Shown: positions 38,621 to 47,624, counted from the stretch's first letter. The stretch is 64,000 nucleotides of DNA from Pyrinomonadaceae bacterium (GCA_963759665.1 CAVXAC010000002.1:482995-546994); one strand, 5' to 3'. Numbers and translations: made by a program. Notes: generated from the sequence alone by a model not told the origin.

Positions 38621-39505
38621 TTGTTAGGCACACTGAAATTCATCCTCGACCACCCACTCAATCGAGATCACAAATTATCCGCAGTCAGGCGTTGGGTAAA
38701 CTGGCAAGTTGGCAGCCGGCTGGTGCCTGGACCGGTGGCAGTCAAATTTGTGAATGAGACGATGTTGTTGGTAACGCCGGGAATGACTGGCGCCACCGGG
38801 AATGTATATGCAGGACTCCACGAGTTTACCGACATGGCCTTCGCGCTTCACCTGCTGCGGCCCGATGACCTTTTTGTCGACGTCGGTGCAAATGTCGGTT
38901 CCTACACAGTCCTCGCTGCCAGCGTGGGCGCAAGATGTATTTCGATCGAGCCGATTGCCACTACCTTCAAACATCTGGTACGCAACCTTCATTTGAACAA
39001 CCTGTCTGACCGGGTGGAGGTGCGCAACATCGGAGTTGGTTCCGCGAAAGGGACACTGAAGTTCACCTCAAGTCTGGATACGGTTAATCACGTGATCGAC
39101 GACCACGAGAATTCCGACGCAGGAGTTTGTGAAGTTGCGGTCGATACGCTGGATAGCGTTGCCGCAGCTGCGGAGCCGGTTCTGGTGAAGATTGACGTTG
39201 AGGGTTTTGAGACGGAAGTAATCGCAGGAGCGGAGCAGGTATTATCAAACGAGTCGCTCCTCGCGGTGATCATGGAATTGAACGGCAGCGGTAGTCGTTA
39301 CAATTATGACGAAGACGAACTCTACCAGCGAATGATTGGTTATGGCTTCAACCCGTATTCCTATTCACCATTTGAACGGTCATTGAATGCCATGAATGGA
39401 GAAAGAGGGCGGTCGGGTAACACGCTGTTTGTCAGAGATGTTGCGGGGGTTCGCCAACGCTTGAAAGAAGCCCCGACCTTTACCGTTAACGAGGAGAGTG
39501 TTTAA
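38621..39505 (+). CDS. FkbM-family methyltransferase
   Basis: FVDVGANVGSYTVLAA and LVKIDVEGFETEVIAGA. TTG start, 294 aa, intact. Confidence 0.85.
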   Translation: MLGTLKFILDHPLNRDHKLSAVRRWVNWQVGSRLVPGPVAVKFVNETMLLVTPGMTGATGNVYAGLHEFTDMAFALHLLRPDDLFVDVGANVGSYTVLAASVGARCISIEPIATTFKHLVRNLHLNNLSDRVEVRNIGVGSAKGTLKFTSSLDTVNHVIDDHENSDAGVCEVAVDTLDSVAAAAEPVLVKIDVEGFETEVIAGAEQVLSNESLLAVIMELNGSGSRYNYDEDELYQRMIGYGFNPYSYSPFERSLNAMNGERGRSGNTLFVRDVAGVRQRLKEAPTFTVNEESV

Positions 39506-39652
39506 GACTCCTGGCAGTACAGGCGAGCGGAAGAGCCGGGATAAGTCCTCCTTCCCGACTGTGAGAGAACTCAGAACTGGGATGAAACCGAGATTGGAGA
39601 AGCGGGAAGCTGAGAAGCGACGTGCTGAGGAGCTGTTGATGCTTGTGCATCT

Positions 39653-40775
39653 ATGACTAAAGCATTGAGCTCGCCTTCCAAAAAAATCCTGCTTGTACTT
39701 CCAGAGGTTTTTAATTGTGTCGGTGGCATACAGATGTTTGGCCGGGCCCTCTGTCTCGCCGCAGGAAAATGGGCTGAGGCACATGACGGTTCGGTGAGCG
39801 CACTCGTGCTGAATGATCAGGGTGCACCTGATGCACGTTATGTGAATAGCGGGTTTGCTCGTTATGCAGGATTGGGAAAAAACAAGACCAAGCTCGTTGC
39901 CCAATTCGTGCGTCAGATTCTTGCCGAAAAATACGACTGGATCGTCTTCGGACACGTATCACTCGCTCCGCTGGCGTTGATGGCAAGAACCACCAGGCCC
40001 GGAGCAAAAACCTGCGTCATTACCTACGGAATCGAAGTGTGGCAGCCGCTGCCGCAATTGCAGCGCAAGGCTTGCGTCTAATGCCGACCTGGTGCTGGCA
40101 ATCAGCGAGTACACGAAGGATCAAGTGGTAAAGCATGCCGGCATCGCACCTGAAAAAATCAAGCTCTTCCCATGTGCGCTGGATCCATTCTGGGAAGTAC
40201 CAGAGCCTGGTCCAACCGGAGAACGTGGGCCGCTGGTCATGCTCAGCGTGACGCGTATGAATAAAGAGGACGACTACAAAGGCATCGACAACGTGATCAA
40301 GAGTTTGCCCGCGATCGTCGAGCAGGTTGGTTCGGTTGAGTACCGGATCGTTGGGCAGGGCGATGATGTTCCGCGTTTGCGTGAACTAGCTGTTGAGTTG
40401 GAGGTCGAGCGTTACGTCACTTTTCTTGGCGAGTTGTCGAACGACGAACTTCGCGAGCAGTACAAAGACTGCTCAGTCTTCGTCATGCCGAGTAGCAGGG
40501 AAGGCTTTGGCATCGTGTTCCTTGAAGCCATGGCTTATGGCAAACCTGTCGTCGGCGGGAACCATGGCGGAACGCCGTCCGTGGTTAACGATGGTGAGAC
40601 CGGGTTGCTGGTTGAAAGTTCAGATGCAGATGGCATCGCGCGTGCGATAACAAAGTTGCTGTCGGATGGTGGTCTGCGCGATCGACTTGGACGCGCCGGG
40701 CGTGAACGACTGTTGAATGAGTTTACGTTTGAAAGATTCGAGCGGAGTTTTGAGACGGCGTTTGAGCTAGGGTGA
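39653..40775 (+). pseudogene. GT4-type glycosyltransferase, one frameshift
   Basis: The N-terminal domain ends at the stop at 40079. NADLVLAISEYTKDQV...FVMPSSREGFGIVFLEAMAYGKPVVGG continues in another frame (shift ~40070). Confidence 0.8.
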
Positions 40776-40788
40776 GCCTCAATGCAGT

Positions 40789-40817
40789 CCACCACAGAGG
40801 TACAGAGAACACAGAGG
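40789..40817. repeat. single copy of the CCACCACAGAGGTACAGAGAACACAGAGG motif
   Basis: Matches the right arm of the 6647-6718 inverted repeat. Lies in the gap between two GT4 genes. Confidence 0.6.
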
Positions 40818-40886
40818 ATGCACCGAGAAATCCGCACCGGTAAATTTTCTTTCTTAACCGGCATCTGACACCCGACACCCTCTTCC

Positions 40887-42068
40887 ATGAAGGTACTCCA
40901 CGTTATTCCTTCGGTGGCGCCACGTTATGGTGGTCCAAGTCGCGCAGTTATCGAAATGTGCAGCGCCTTGGACAACCGCGGCATGTCGACAATTATAGCG
41001 ACCACGAATGCCGATGGAGACGGCGCGCTTGAGGTGGAATTGGGCAAACCGGTTACCTATCAGAACATCCAGACTATTTTCTTTCCCAGACAATGGACCG
41101 AGGCCTACAAATATTCGCATCCGCTCGCGAAATGGCTCGACGAACATGTTGCCGAGTTTGATCTGGTCCATATTCACGCCGTGTTTTCGCACTCGTCCCT
41201 GGCCGCAGCGCGGGCATGTCAAAGAAAGGGCGTGCCCTACCTTGTGCGCCCCCTGGGCACGCTCGATCCCTGGAGTCTCAAACAGAAGACCGCGCGCAAG
41301 AAACTCTTCTGGCATCTCGGCGTGAAGCAGATGCTGGAAGGTGCGGCGGCGATTCATTACACGACCACGGACGAACAGAAGTTGGCGGAGGAATCGTTGG
41401 CGCTCAAACGTGGCGTCGTCATTCCTCTTGGTATTGAGACGGAGCTATTCAATCAATCCGATCAGCGCGAACCTGCCACCGTCGGATCACCGTATGTCCT
41501 GGTGCTTTCGCGTCTGCACCAAAAGAAGGGTCTCGAACTTTTGCTGCCGGCCTTTCTTTCGCTCGTCAAGCGCCCTGAGTTTTCGAAATGGAAACTAGTG
41601 CTGGCCGGTGAAGGCGAAGCGAGGTATGTCGATTCACTCAAGGCGCTGGCCAAATCGCACGGCGGAAACGGCAATGTCGTGTTCGCCGGATGGCTCGATG
41701 GTGAGCCACGACGGTCGATGCTCCGCCATGCATCGCTGCTCGCGCTGACTTCATATCAGGAAAACTTCGGTCTGTGCGCGGTAGAGGCACTCGCGTGCGG
41801 CGTTCCCGTTCTTCTTAGCCCCGCAGTCAACATCGCTTCGGAGATCGATCGAGTTGGCGGCGGTTGGATTTCCGCCCTGGAGAATGAATCGCTCGAACGT
41901 AATCTGGCTGAATCACTCGGCAACGAAAAGGAACGAGTGCGTCGCGGAACACTTGGTAGGGATTTTGTGCAACAACACTTCACCTGGGAATCGGTGGCTA
42001 ATGCGCTGGTAGAGCTTTACGAATCGGTGAAGACAAAGCAGAGTCTGTCGGGACGCGAATATGCTTGA
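40887..42068 (+). CDS. GT4-type glycosyltransferase
   Basis: 393 aa with MKVLHVIPSVAPRYGGPS at the N-terminus and LALTSYQENFGLCAVEALACGVPVLLS (EX7E region). Confidence 0.88.
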   Translation: MKVLHVIPSVAPRYGGPSRAVIEMCSALDNRGMSTIIATTNADGDGALEVELGKPVTYQNIQTIFFPRQWTEAYKYSHPLAKWLDEHVAEFDLVHIHAVFSHSSLAAARACQRKGVPYLVRPLGTLDPWSLKQKTARKKLFWHLGVKQMLEGAAAIHYTTTDEQKLAEESLALKRGVVIPLGIETELFNQSDQREPATVGSPYVLVLSRLHQKKGLELLLPAFLSLVKRPEFSKWKLVLAGEGEARYVDSLKALAKSHGGNGNVVFAGWLDGEPRRSMLRHASLLALTSYQENFGLCAVEALACGVPVLLSPAVNIASEIDRVGGGWISALENESLERNLAESLGNEKERVRRGTLGRDFVQQHFTWESVANALVELYESVKTKQSLSGREYA

Positions 42069-42936
42069 TCGGATCACCCCACTCATCCTGACTTACAACG
42101 AAGCGCCAAACATCGGCCGCGTGTTGGACCGACTTGGGTGGGCGCGTGACATCGTAGTAGTCGATAGCTTCAGTGATGACGACACGCTCGAGATCGTGTC
42201 GCGTTATTCCTCAGCACGCGTGATTCAAAGAGAGTTTGACGCCCACGCAAAACAGTGGGAGTTTGGGCTTAAGGAGACAGGAATAGCTTCTGAGTGGGTG
42301 TTAGCTCTGGATTCCGACTATGTATTGACGCCTGAATTTATAGAGGAACTAAGAGCGCTCAACCCGACGGCCGACGTTCAGGGCTACTGTGCGCACTTCA
42401 CCTATTGCATCAATGGCCGCAAGTTGAGAAGCGGAGTCTATCCGCCGGTGACAGTCCTTTATCGACGAGAGGCCGCTACGTACATTCAGGATGGACACAC
42501 CCATCGAGTTGTCGTGGACGGAAAGATTGAAAACCTCAGTGCCAAAATTCTGCACGATGACCGCAAGCCACTCAGTCACTGGTTTGCAGCCCAGTCGCGT
42601 TACACCGAACTGGAAGCGGAAAAGCTTCGGTCCGTAGAACCGGCGAGTTTGGGCTGGAAGGATCGGATGCGCCGGTGGCGGATAGTCGCGCCCCCGGCGA
42701 TGTTGCTTTATTGCCTGATCGTTCGTGGTGGCGTGTTCGACGGTTGGGCCGGATTTTATTACGCCTTTCAACGAGCCCTCGCCGAGCTGATGCTGTCGCT
42801 CCGGTTGTTCGAAAGCAAAGGGGTAAGAGCCGAGAGCGAAGAGGCAGAGCCCATCAGAGGGGAAGGGGGAAGGGGTAAAAGGGAAAGCGCAATCGTTGAA
42901 GCGAAGCCACGCGAGGGATCTGCGCTTGTTCCCTAG
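42061..42936 (+). CDS. family-2 glycosyltransferase
   Basis: ITPLILTYNEAPNIGRVL, VVVDSFSDDDT, ALDSDYVL. The last ~30 codons (EEAEPIRGEGGRGKRES...) are encoded by the repeat arm of the next hairpin. Confidence 0.82.
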   Translation: MLDRITPLILTYNEAPNIGRVLDRLGWARDIVVVDSFSDDDTLEIVSRYSSARVIQREFDAHAKQWEFGLKETGIASEWVLALDSDYVLTPEFIEELRALNPTADVQGYCAHFTYCINGRKLRSGVYPPVTVLYRREAATYIQDGHTHRVVVDGKIENLSAKILHDDRKPLSHWFAAQSRYTELEAEKLRSVEPASLGWKDRMRRWRIVAPPAMLLYCLIVRGGVFDGWAGFYYAFQRALAELMLSLRLFESKGVRAESEEAEPIRGEGGRGKRESAIVEAKPREGSALVP

Positions 42937-43014
42937 CTTTCCTTTTACCCATACTTGCTTCGCGTCTTTTAACCCCGTTTCGCTTGACCCTTTCCCCTTC
43001 GCCCTTCGCCCTTA
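42857..43014. repeat. empty hairpin with period-7 GGGGAAG / CGCCCTT arms
   Basis: GAGGGGA AGGGGGA AGGGGTA AAAGGGA AAGC (42857-42888) is complementary to GCTTTCCTTTTACCC (42936-42950) and CCCTTTC CCCTTCG CCCTTCG CCCTTA (42988-43014). Confidence 0.75.
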
Positions 43015-43025
43015 GCACCTAACCT

Positions 43026-45056
43026 ATGTGTGGAATCTGCGGAGTAATTGATTGGTCCGAGTCTCCCGACGCACCGGGGATCGTGCGTCGAATGACGCCG
43101 ACGATGAAACATCGTGGGCCAGACGACGAAGGAATTTCGGATTTCGGAATGCGGAATTCGGATTGGGGGCTAAGCGCAGAGGGCGAAGGGCAAAGGGTTA
43201 GCGAGCGAAGAGTTTCGATTGGGATGCGTCGCCTAAGCATTATTGACGTTGAAGGTGGGCACCAGCCGATGTTCAATGCCGACCGCACTGTGGCCGCAGA
43301 GCTTAACGGCGAGATCTACAACTTCCAGTCGCTGCAACAACAGTTGAGAGAGCGCGGCCACGTCTTCCACACAAGGTCAGATTCTGAGGTTGTCGCCCAC
43401 GCTTATGAAGAATGGGGCGCTGAGTGTGTCGAAAAATTTGAAGGAATGTTTGCAGTCGCAGTGTGGGACGGGCGCGCGGGGCAGGAAGCAGGAGGCGGGA
43501 CGCTGTTTTTGGCGCGGGACAGGATGGGGATTAAGCCGCTGTATTACTACGCCGGGAAAAGCAAACAGCAAACAGGCAACGGCGATCAGCTAGCCGAAAA
43601 TAGGAAGTGCTTTCTTTTCGCTTCGGAAGTACGAACGATTCTGGCAAGTGGCGTTGTTGGGCGCAGGCTTTCGCCGGAAGCCCTGGAAAGCTATTTGTTG
43701 TTTGGTTCAGTGAGTGAGCCAATGACACTTGTTGAAGGTGTGCTTTCGATTCCACCGGGACACCGGATGACCGTCACCTACGGAACTTCTGTCAGTATCC
43801 CCCAGCCTGAGCCTTACTGGACCATCCCCGGACGAACCACGACATCAGGAAATGGCTACGTAAAAGCGACTGATATTGACTCCGCCGCGGTAAAGGTCAG
43901 GGAACTGCTTGAAGCAAGTGTGCGGAAACACCTGATTGCTGATGTGCCGGTTGGTGTTTTCTTGAGCGGCGGAATTGATTCGACCGCGCTCGCCGGACTG
44001 GCGGCGAAGGAGTCAGCAGGGATCCACACGTTTACAGTGGCGTTTGCCGAAGAGGAGTTTAGCGAAGCCGACATCGCCAGGCGCACTGCAGCTACGCTTG
44101 GCACAACCCACCAGGAAGTCATGTTAACCGGCGGCGAGATGCTGGCCCGGATGGACCAGGCGGTTAGCTCTTTGGACCAGCCGTCCATGGACGGCATCAA
44201 TACCTACTTCGTATCGCAGGCGGCGCGAGAGGCGGGTTTAAAAGTTACCCTATCGGGGCTGGGTGGGGACGAAGTTTTTGGCGGCTATGAAACGTTTGCG
44301 CGCACTCCTACGCTCGAAAAAATCGGAGGTGCTGGCGGCAAGATGCCGCGTCGAGTGCGCGAAGCCGTGGCAAGTGTGGCCGGTGGCGCCGCCGGAATGC
44401 GCGCCCGCGGAGACGTGGTACGGAAGATGACGGCGTTGTGGAACGACAGCGCGTCGTTGCCACATCCATACTTTTTTGGTCGTGCACTTTTTACCCCGCT
44501 GCAGGTTAGCGAGTTGTTAACGAAACAAAGCGGAAAGAATGGAAACTCACTTTGGTGGAATTGGCTATCGGACAGCGCTGCTCGCTCGCGGAATTTCGAT
44601 CAGTTCAGTGCGGTGACTTGTTTGGAATCCCAGTCTTATCTGGTGAACACATTGCTCCGCGATACCGATTCGATGAGCATGGCGCATTCGCTCGAAGTTC
44701 GCGTTCCGTTTCTCGATCATCCATTGGTGGAGTTTGTGACGCAGCTTCCGCAGGAACTGAAACTGCAAAAAGGTCGGACAAAGTCGTTGTTGGTTCGCGC
44801 ACTGTCGGATCTATTGCCGGTGGAGGTGCTTGGAGAAAAGCGTGGATTTACTTTTCCGTGGTCCAGCTGGTTGCAGGGACCGCTGAAGGAACGCCTGGAC
44901 GAGGGCTTTGACAACTTTGCTCCGGCACTCCGAGAAGCAATGAACCAGGAGAGCGTTAAGACAATTTGGCGCGACTATCTGAGCGGAAAGACGAGTTGGT
45001 CGCGCCCCTGGAGTCTTTACGTGCTCAACGAATGGGTGAAGCGCAACCTGAGTTAG
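43026..45056 (+). CDS. asparagine synthase (glutamine-hydrolysing) family amidotransferase with three low-complexity insertions
   Basis: 676 aa with MCGICG, HRGPDD, RRLSIIDVEG, LARDRMGIKPLYY and the PP-loop FLSGGIDST. Insertions relative to the paralogue at 27773 are described in the findings. Confidence 0.9.
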   Translation: MCGICGVIDWSESPDAPGIVRRMTPTMKHRGPDDEGISDFGMRNSDWGLSAEGEGQRVSERRVSIGMRRLSIIDVEGGHQPMFNADRTVAAELNGEIYNFQSLQQQLRERGHVFHTRSDSEVVAHAYEEWGAECVEKFEGMFAVAVWDGRAGQEAGGGTLFLARDRMGIKPLYYYAGKSKQQTGNGDQLAENRKCFLFASEVRTILASGVVGRRLSPEALESYLLFGSVSEPMTLVEGVLSIPPGHRMTVTYGTSVSIPQPEPYWTIPGRTTTSGNGYVKATDIDSAAVKVRELLEASVRKHLIADVPVGVFLSGGIDSTALAGLAAKESAGIHTFTVAFAEEEFSEADIARRTAATLGTTHQEVMLTGGEMLARMDQAVSSLDQPSMDGINTYFVSQAAREAGLKVTLSGLGGDEVFGGYETFARTPTLEKIGGAGGKMPRRVREAVASVAGGAAGMRARGDVVRKMTALWNDSASLPHPYFFGRALFTPLQVSELLTKQSGKNGNSLWWNWLSDSAARSRNFDQFSAVTCLESQSYLVNTLLRDTDSMSMAHSLEVRVPFLDHPLVEFVTQLPQELKLQKGRTKSLLVRALSDLLPVEVLGEKRGFTFPWSSWLQGPLKERLDEGFDNFAPALREAMNQESVKTIWRDYLSGKTSWSRPWSLYVLNEWVKRNLS

Positions 45057-45459
45057 TTTCGAGTTTCAAGTTCAAGTCTCAATTCAAGAACAAGCCGGAT
45101 ACAAGTTTTTGGAGAAGTTCACCCTGCAGCCGCTCAACCTTCCGCCTCCTTCAGGAGAATGCTATGGCTACGTTTAATAGGTTCGAAGAAATTGAATGCC
45201 GGCAAAGGCTCGAGAGCTGACTCGTGGGATTTATCACATTACAAATTATCCTGCTTTTGCTCGTGACTTTGGATTGAAGGATTAGATCCGCAGAGCAGCC
45301 GTGTCGGTGATGTCAAACATAGCGGAGGGCTATGATCGAAGTGGCACGGCGGAATTAATTCATTTCCTCGCTACTGCTCGGGACTCTGGATACAAGGGAA
45401 CGAAATTCAAGTCGGCGGCTTCGGATGTAACTTGAAACTTGAAACCTGGAACCTGGAAC
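45057..45459. mobile_element. IVS-like hairpin cassette with TTCAAG/CTTGAAA-repeat arms carrying a decayed four-helix-bundle gene
   Basis: Left arm GTTTCGAGTTTCAAGTTCAAGTCTCAATTCAAG (45057-45089). Right arm CTTGAAA CTTGAAA CCTGGAA CCTGGAA C (45431-45459). Confidence 0.55.
45164..45430 (+). pseudogene. four-helix-bundle protein (23S rRNA IVS protein family) pseudogene, frameshifted and 3' truncated
   Basis: MATFNRFEEIECRQ.., LTRGIYHITNYPAFARDFGLKD and IRRAAVSVMSNIAEGYDRSGTAELIHFLATA are readable only by switching frames. The last helix is missing. Confidence 0.75.
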
Positions 45460-45460
45460 T

Positions 45461-47434
45461 ATGTTTGTCTTAGGGATCAACGCATATCACGGTGACGCGG
45501 CTGCTGCGCTTATCAAGGACGGTCAGCTAATCGCGGCGGTTGAAGAAGAGCGCTTCAATCGTGTCAAGCATTGCGCAGGTTTTCCTGCGGAGTCAGTGCG
45601 CTATTGCCTGCGCGCTGCAGGAATAAGAATCGAGCAGGTCGATCACATCGGAATCTCCCGCGACCCGTCGGCCCATCTACACAAGAAAGTCATCTTTGCT
45701 GCGACCAGAGCGGCGCGGCAGATGGCCGGTAAACAGGAGGCAGGAGGCGCAAGGCAGGAGGCAGGTGTGGAAACCATAACCGGGGAGAGCGCCAACGGTA
45801 AGAATGGACGTGGGAAGGGAATCTTCGCCCAGGTTAAGGACCGGCTGAACAATGCCGCTAAGGTGAACGACCTGCAAAACGATCTGGCAAAGGCGCTGGA
45901 TGTTTCCCCCAAACTCGTGCGCGCGCGCTTTCATAACATCGAACACCATCGTGCGCATCTGGCCAGCTCTTTTTACGTTTCACCATTCGAACGCGCCGCG
46001 CTCTTGTCAATCGACGGCTTTGGCGATTTTGTCTCCACGATGTGGGGCATCGGCGATGGCAACCGCATCAAGGTTTTGGACCAGGTCGAATATCCCCATT
46101 CCACCGGCATTGTCTACACGGCGACCACTCAGTTTCTCGGTTTTCCTTACTACGGTGATGAAGGCAAGATCATGGGATTGGCGCCATATGGCAAGCCGCG
46201 TTTCATCGAACAGTTTCGCGAAATCATTCGCACTGAAGCGCACGGGCACTTCCGCATCAACCTCGACTACTTTCGTCATCATGCTGAAGGTGTGGATATG
46301 ACCTGGGATCAGGGGTCGCCGGTCATTGGGAGAATATTTTCAGACGAGTTTGCCCGCACGTTTGGCCCAGCCCGCCAGCCCGGTGACGCTTTAACGGAAA
46401 GGGAAGAGGACATCGCGGCCAGCCTGCAATTGCGCCTGGAAGAAGTCGGGTTTCATGTGTTGAACCATCTGCATGACCAGACAGGGCTCACCGACCTCGG
46501 TCTCTCGGGAGGCGTGGCATACAACTCGGTGATGAACGGAAAGATTTTGTTGAAAACGCCGTTTCGCCGTGTGTTTGTTCAAGCGGCGGCTGGTGATAGC
46601 GGCACAGCTTTGGGCGTGTGTTATGCGATCAATGCGCAGGAAGCTCCCAGAAACCGAAGTACCAGTTTGCGATACGGCGTAGAGCAATCTGTTAGATTGC
46701 GGCCGGATGGCTCAGAGATCGCCGACGATCAGAGAAACGAGTCAACTCCGCAAACTAACAGTTTGCGATACGAGACTCCGCAAACTAACAATTTGCGTTA
46801 CGTGATGCACGGTGCTTACACCGGACCTGAATTCACCAGCGAAGAGATCCGCGCGGAGCTTGATGTCAGTAAGCTTAAGTACGAATCCTTCAGCGATGAA
46901 GAAGTAACAAAGCGCGCCGCTCAGGATATCTCCGATGGACTGGTTGTGGGTTGGTTTCAGGGACGAATGGAATTCGGACCACGCGCGCTCGGCAACCGTT
47001 CCATCGTTGCCGATCCTCGCCGTGCCGAAATGAAAGACATTCTCAACGAGCGCATCAAAAAGCGCGAACCCTTCCGTCCTTTTGCCCCATCAGTCCTGGA
47101 GGAGCACACCGCGCAATACTTCGAGCAGGACCATCCGGCGCCGACGATGTTGATGGTCTATCAGGTTCGCCAGGAACGTCGTGCAAGGATTCCTGCCGTA
47201 ACTCATGTGGACGGCTCAGGGAGATTACAAACCGTTTCTCCCGAAACCAACCCGCGGTACTACCAATTGATCAGCGACTTCTACAAACTCACGGGTGTTC
47301 CCGTTGTTCTCAATACCTCGTTCAACGAAAATGAACCGATCGTATGCACGCCCCGACATGCCATCGATTGCTTTCTAAAAACGCGCATGGACGTTTTGTA
47401 TTTAGGGAATCACATGGTGAGGAGGGTGGCCTAA
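45461..47434 (+). CDS. NodU/CmcH-family carbamoyltransferase with repeat-derived insertions
   Basis: 657 aa with LGINAYHGDAAAALIKDG..EEERFNRVKH, HHRAHLASSF, GLSGGVAYNSVMNG and LNTSFNENEPIV. Confidence 0.88.
   Translation: MFVLGINAYHGDAAAALIKDGQLIAAVEEERFNRVKHCAGFPAESVRYCLRAAGIRIEQVDHIGISRDPSAHLHKKVIFAATRAARQMAGKQEAGGARQEAGVETITGESANGKNGRGKGIFAQVKDRLNNAAKVNDLQNDLAKALDVSPKLVRARFHNIEHHRAHLASSFYVSPFERAALLSIDGFGDFVSTMWGIGDGNRIKVLDQVEYPHSTGIVYTATTQFLGFPYYGDEGKIMGLAPYGKPRFIEQFREIIRTEAHGHFRINLDYFRHHAEGVDMTWDQGSPVIGRIFSDEFARTFGPARQPGDALTEREEDIAASLQLRLEEVGFHVLNHLHDQTGLTDLGLSGGVAYNSVMNGKILLKTPFRRVFVQAAAGDSGTALGVCYAINAQEAPRNRSTSLRYGVEQSVRLRPDGSEIADDQRNESTPQTNSLRYETPQTNNLRYVMHGAYTGPEFTSEEIRAELDVSKLKYESFSDEEVTKRAAQDISDGLVVGWFQGRMEFGPRALGNRSIVADPRRAEMKDILNERIKKREPFRPFAPSVLEEHTAQYFEQDHPAPTMLMVYQVRQERRARIPAVTHVDGSGRLQTVSPETNPRYYQLISDFYKLTGVPVVLNTSFNENEPIVCTPRHAIDCFLKTRMDVLYLGNHMVRRVA
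46749..46797. repeat. two tandem 30-nt units each containing the CGCAAACTAACAGTTTGCG palindrome, inside the carbamoyltransferase CDS
   Basis: CGCAAACTAACAGTTTGCG (46749-46767) and CGCAAACTAACAATTTGCG (46779-46797), translated as TPQTNSLRYE / TPQTNNLRYV. Confidence 0.9.
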
Positions 47435-47624
47435 CACACTAAGATGAATCCTCCCGACATTGCTAGCACCGCCATCAAGCAGAAGTCGTTATCGTTTCGC
47501 GCTACGTCGACGGCGGCTGCGCAGATATGACCTTAGTGCGGTGGGTTTTGAGTGGCAGTCTGAACAAAAGCTTGCTACAGCAGAGCCACCGATTTCGAAG
47601 GCAGTTAGTCAAAGTGGTCGCTGG

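Noticed and set aside
10738-45459. Integron gene cassettes with attC sites
   Set aside because: The arms are tandem simple repeats that lack the conserved R/L core sites (GTTRRRY). No intI integrase or attI is present, and most inserts carry no cargo.
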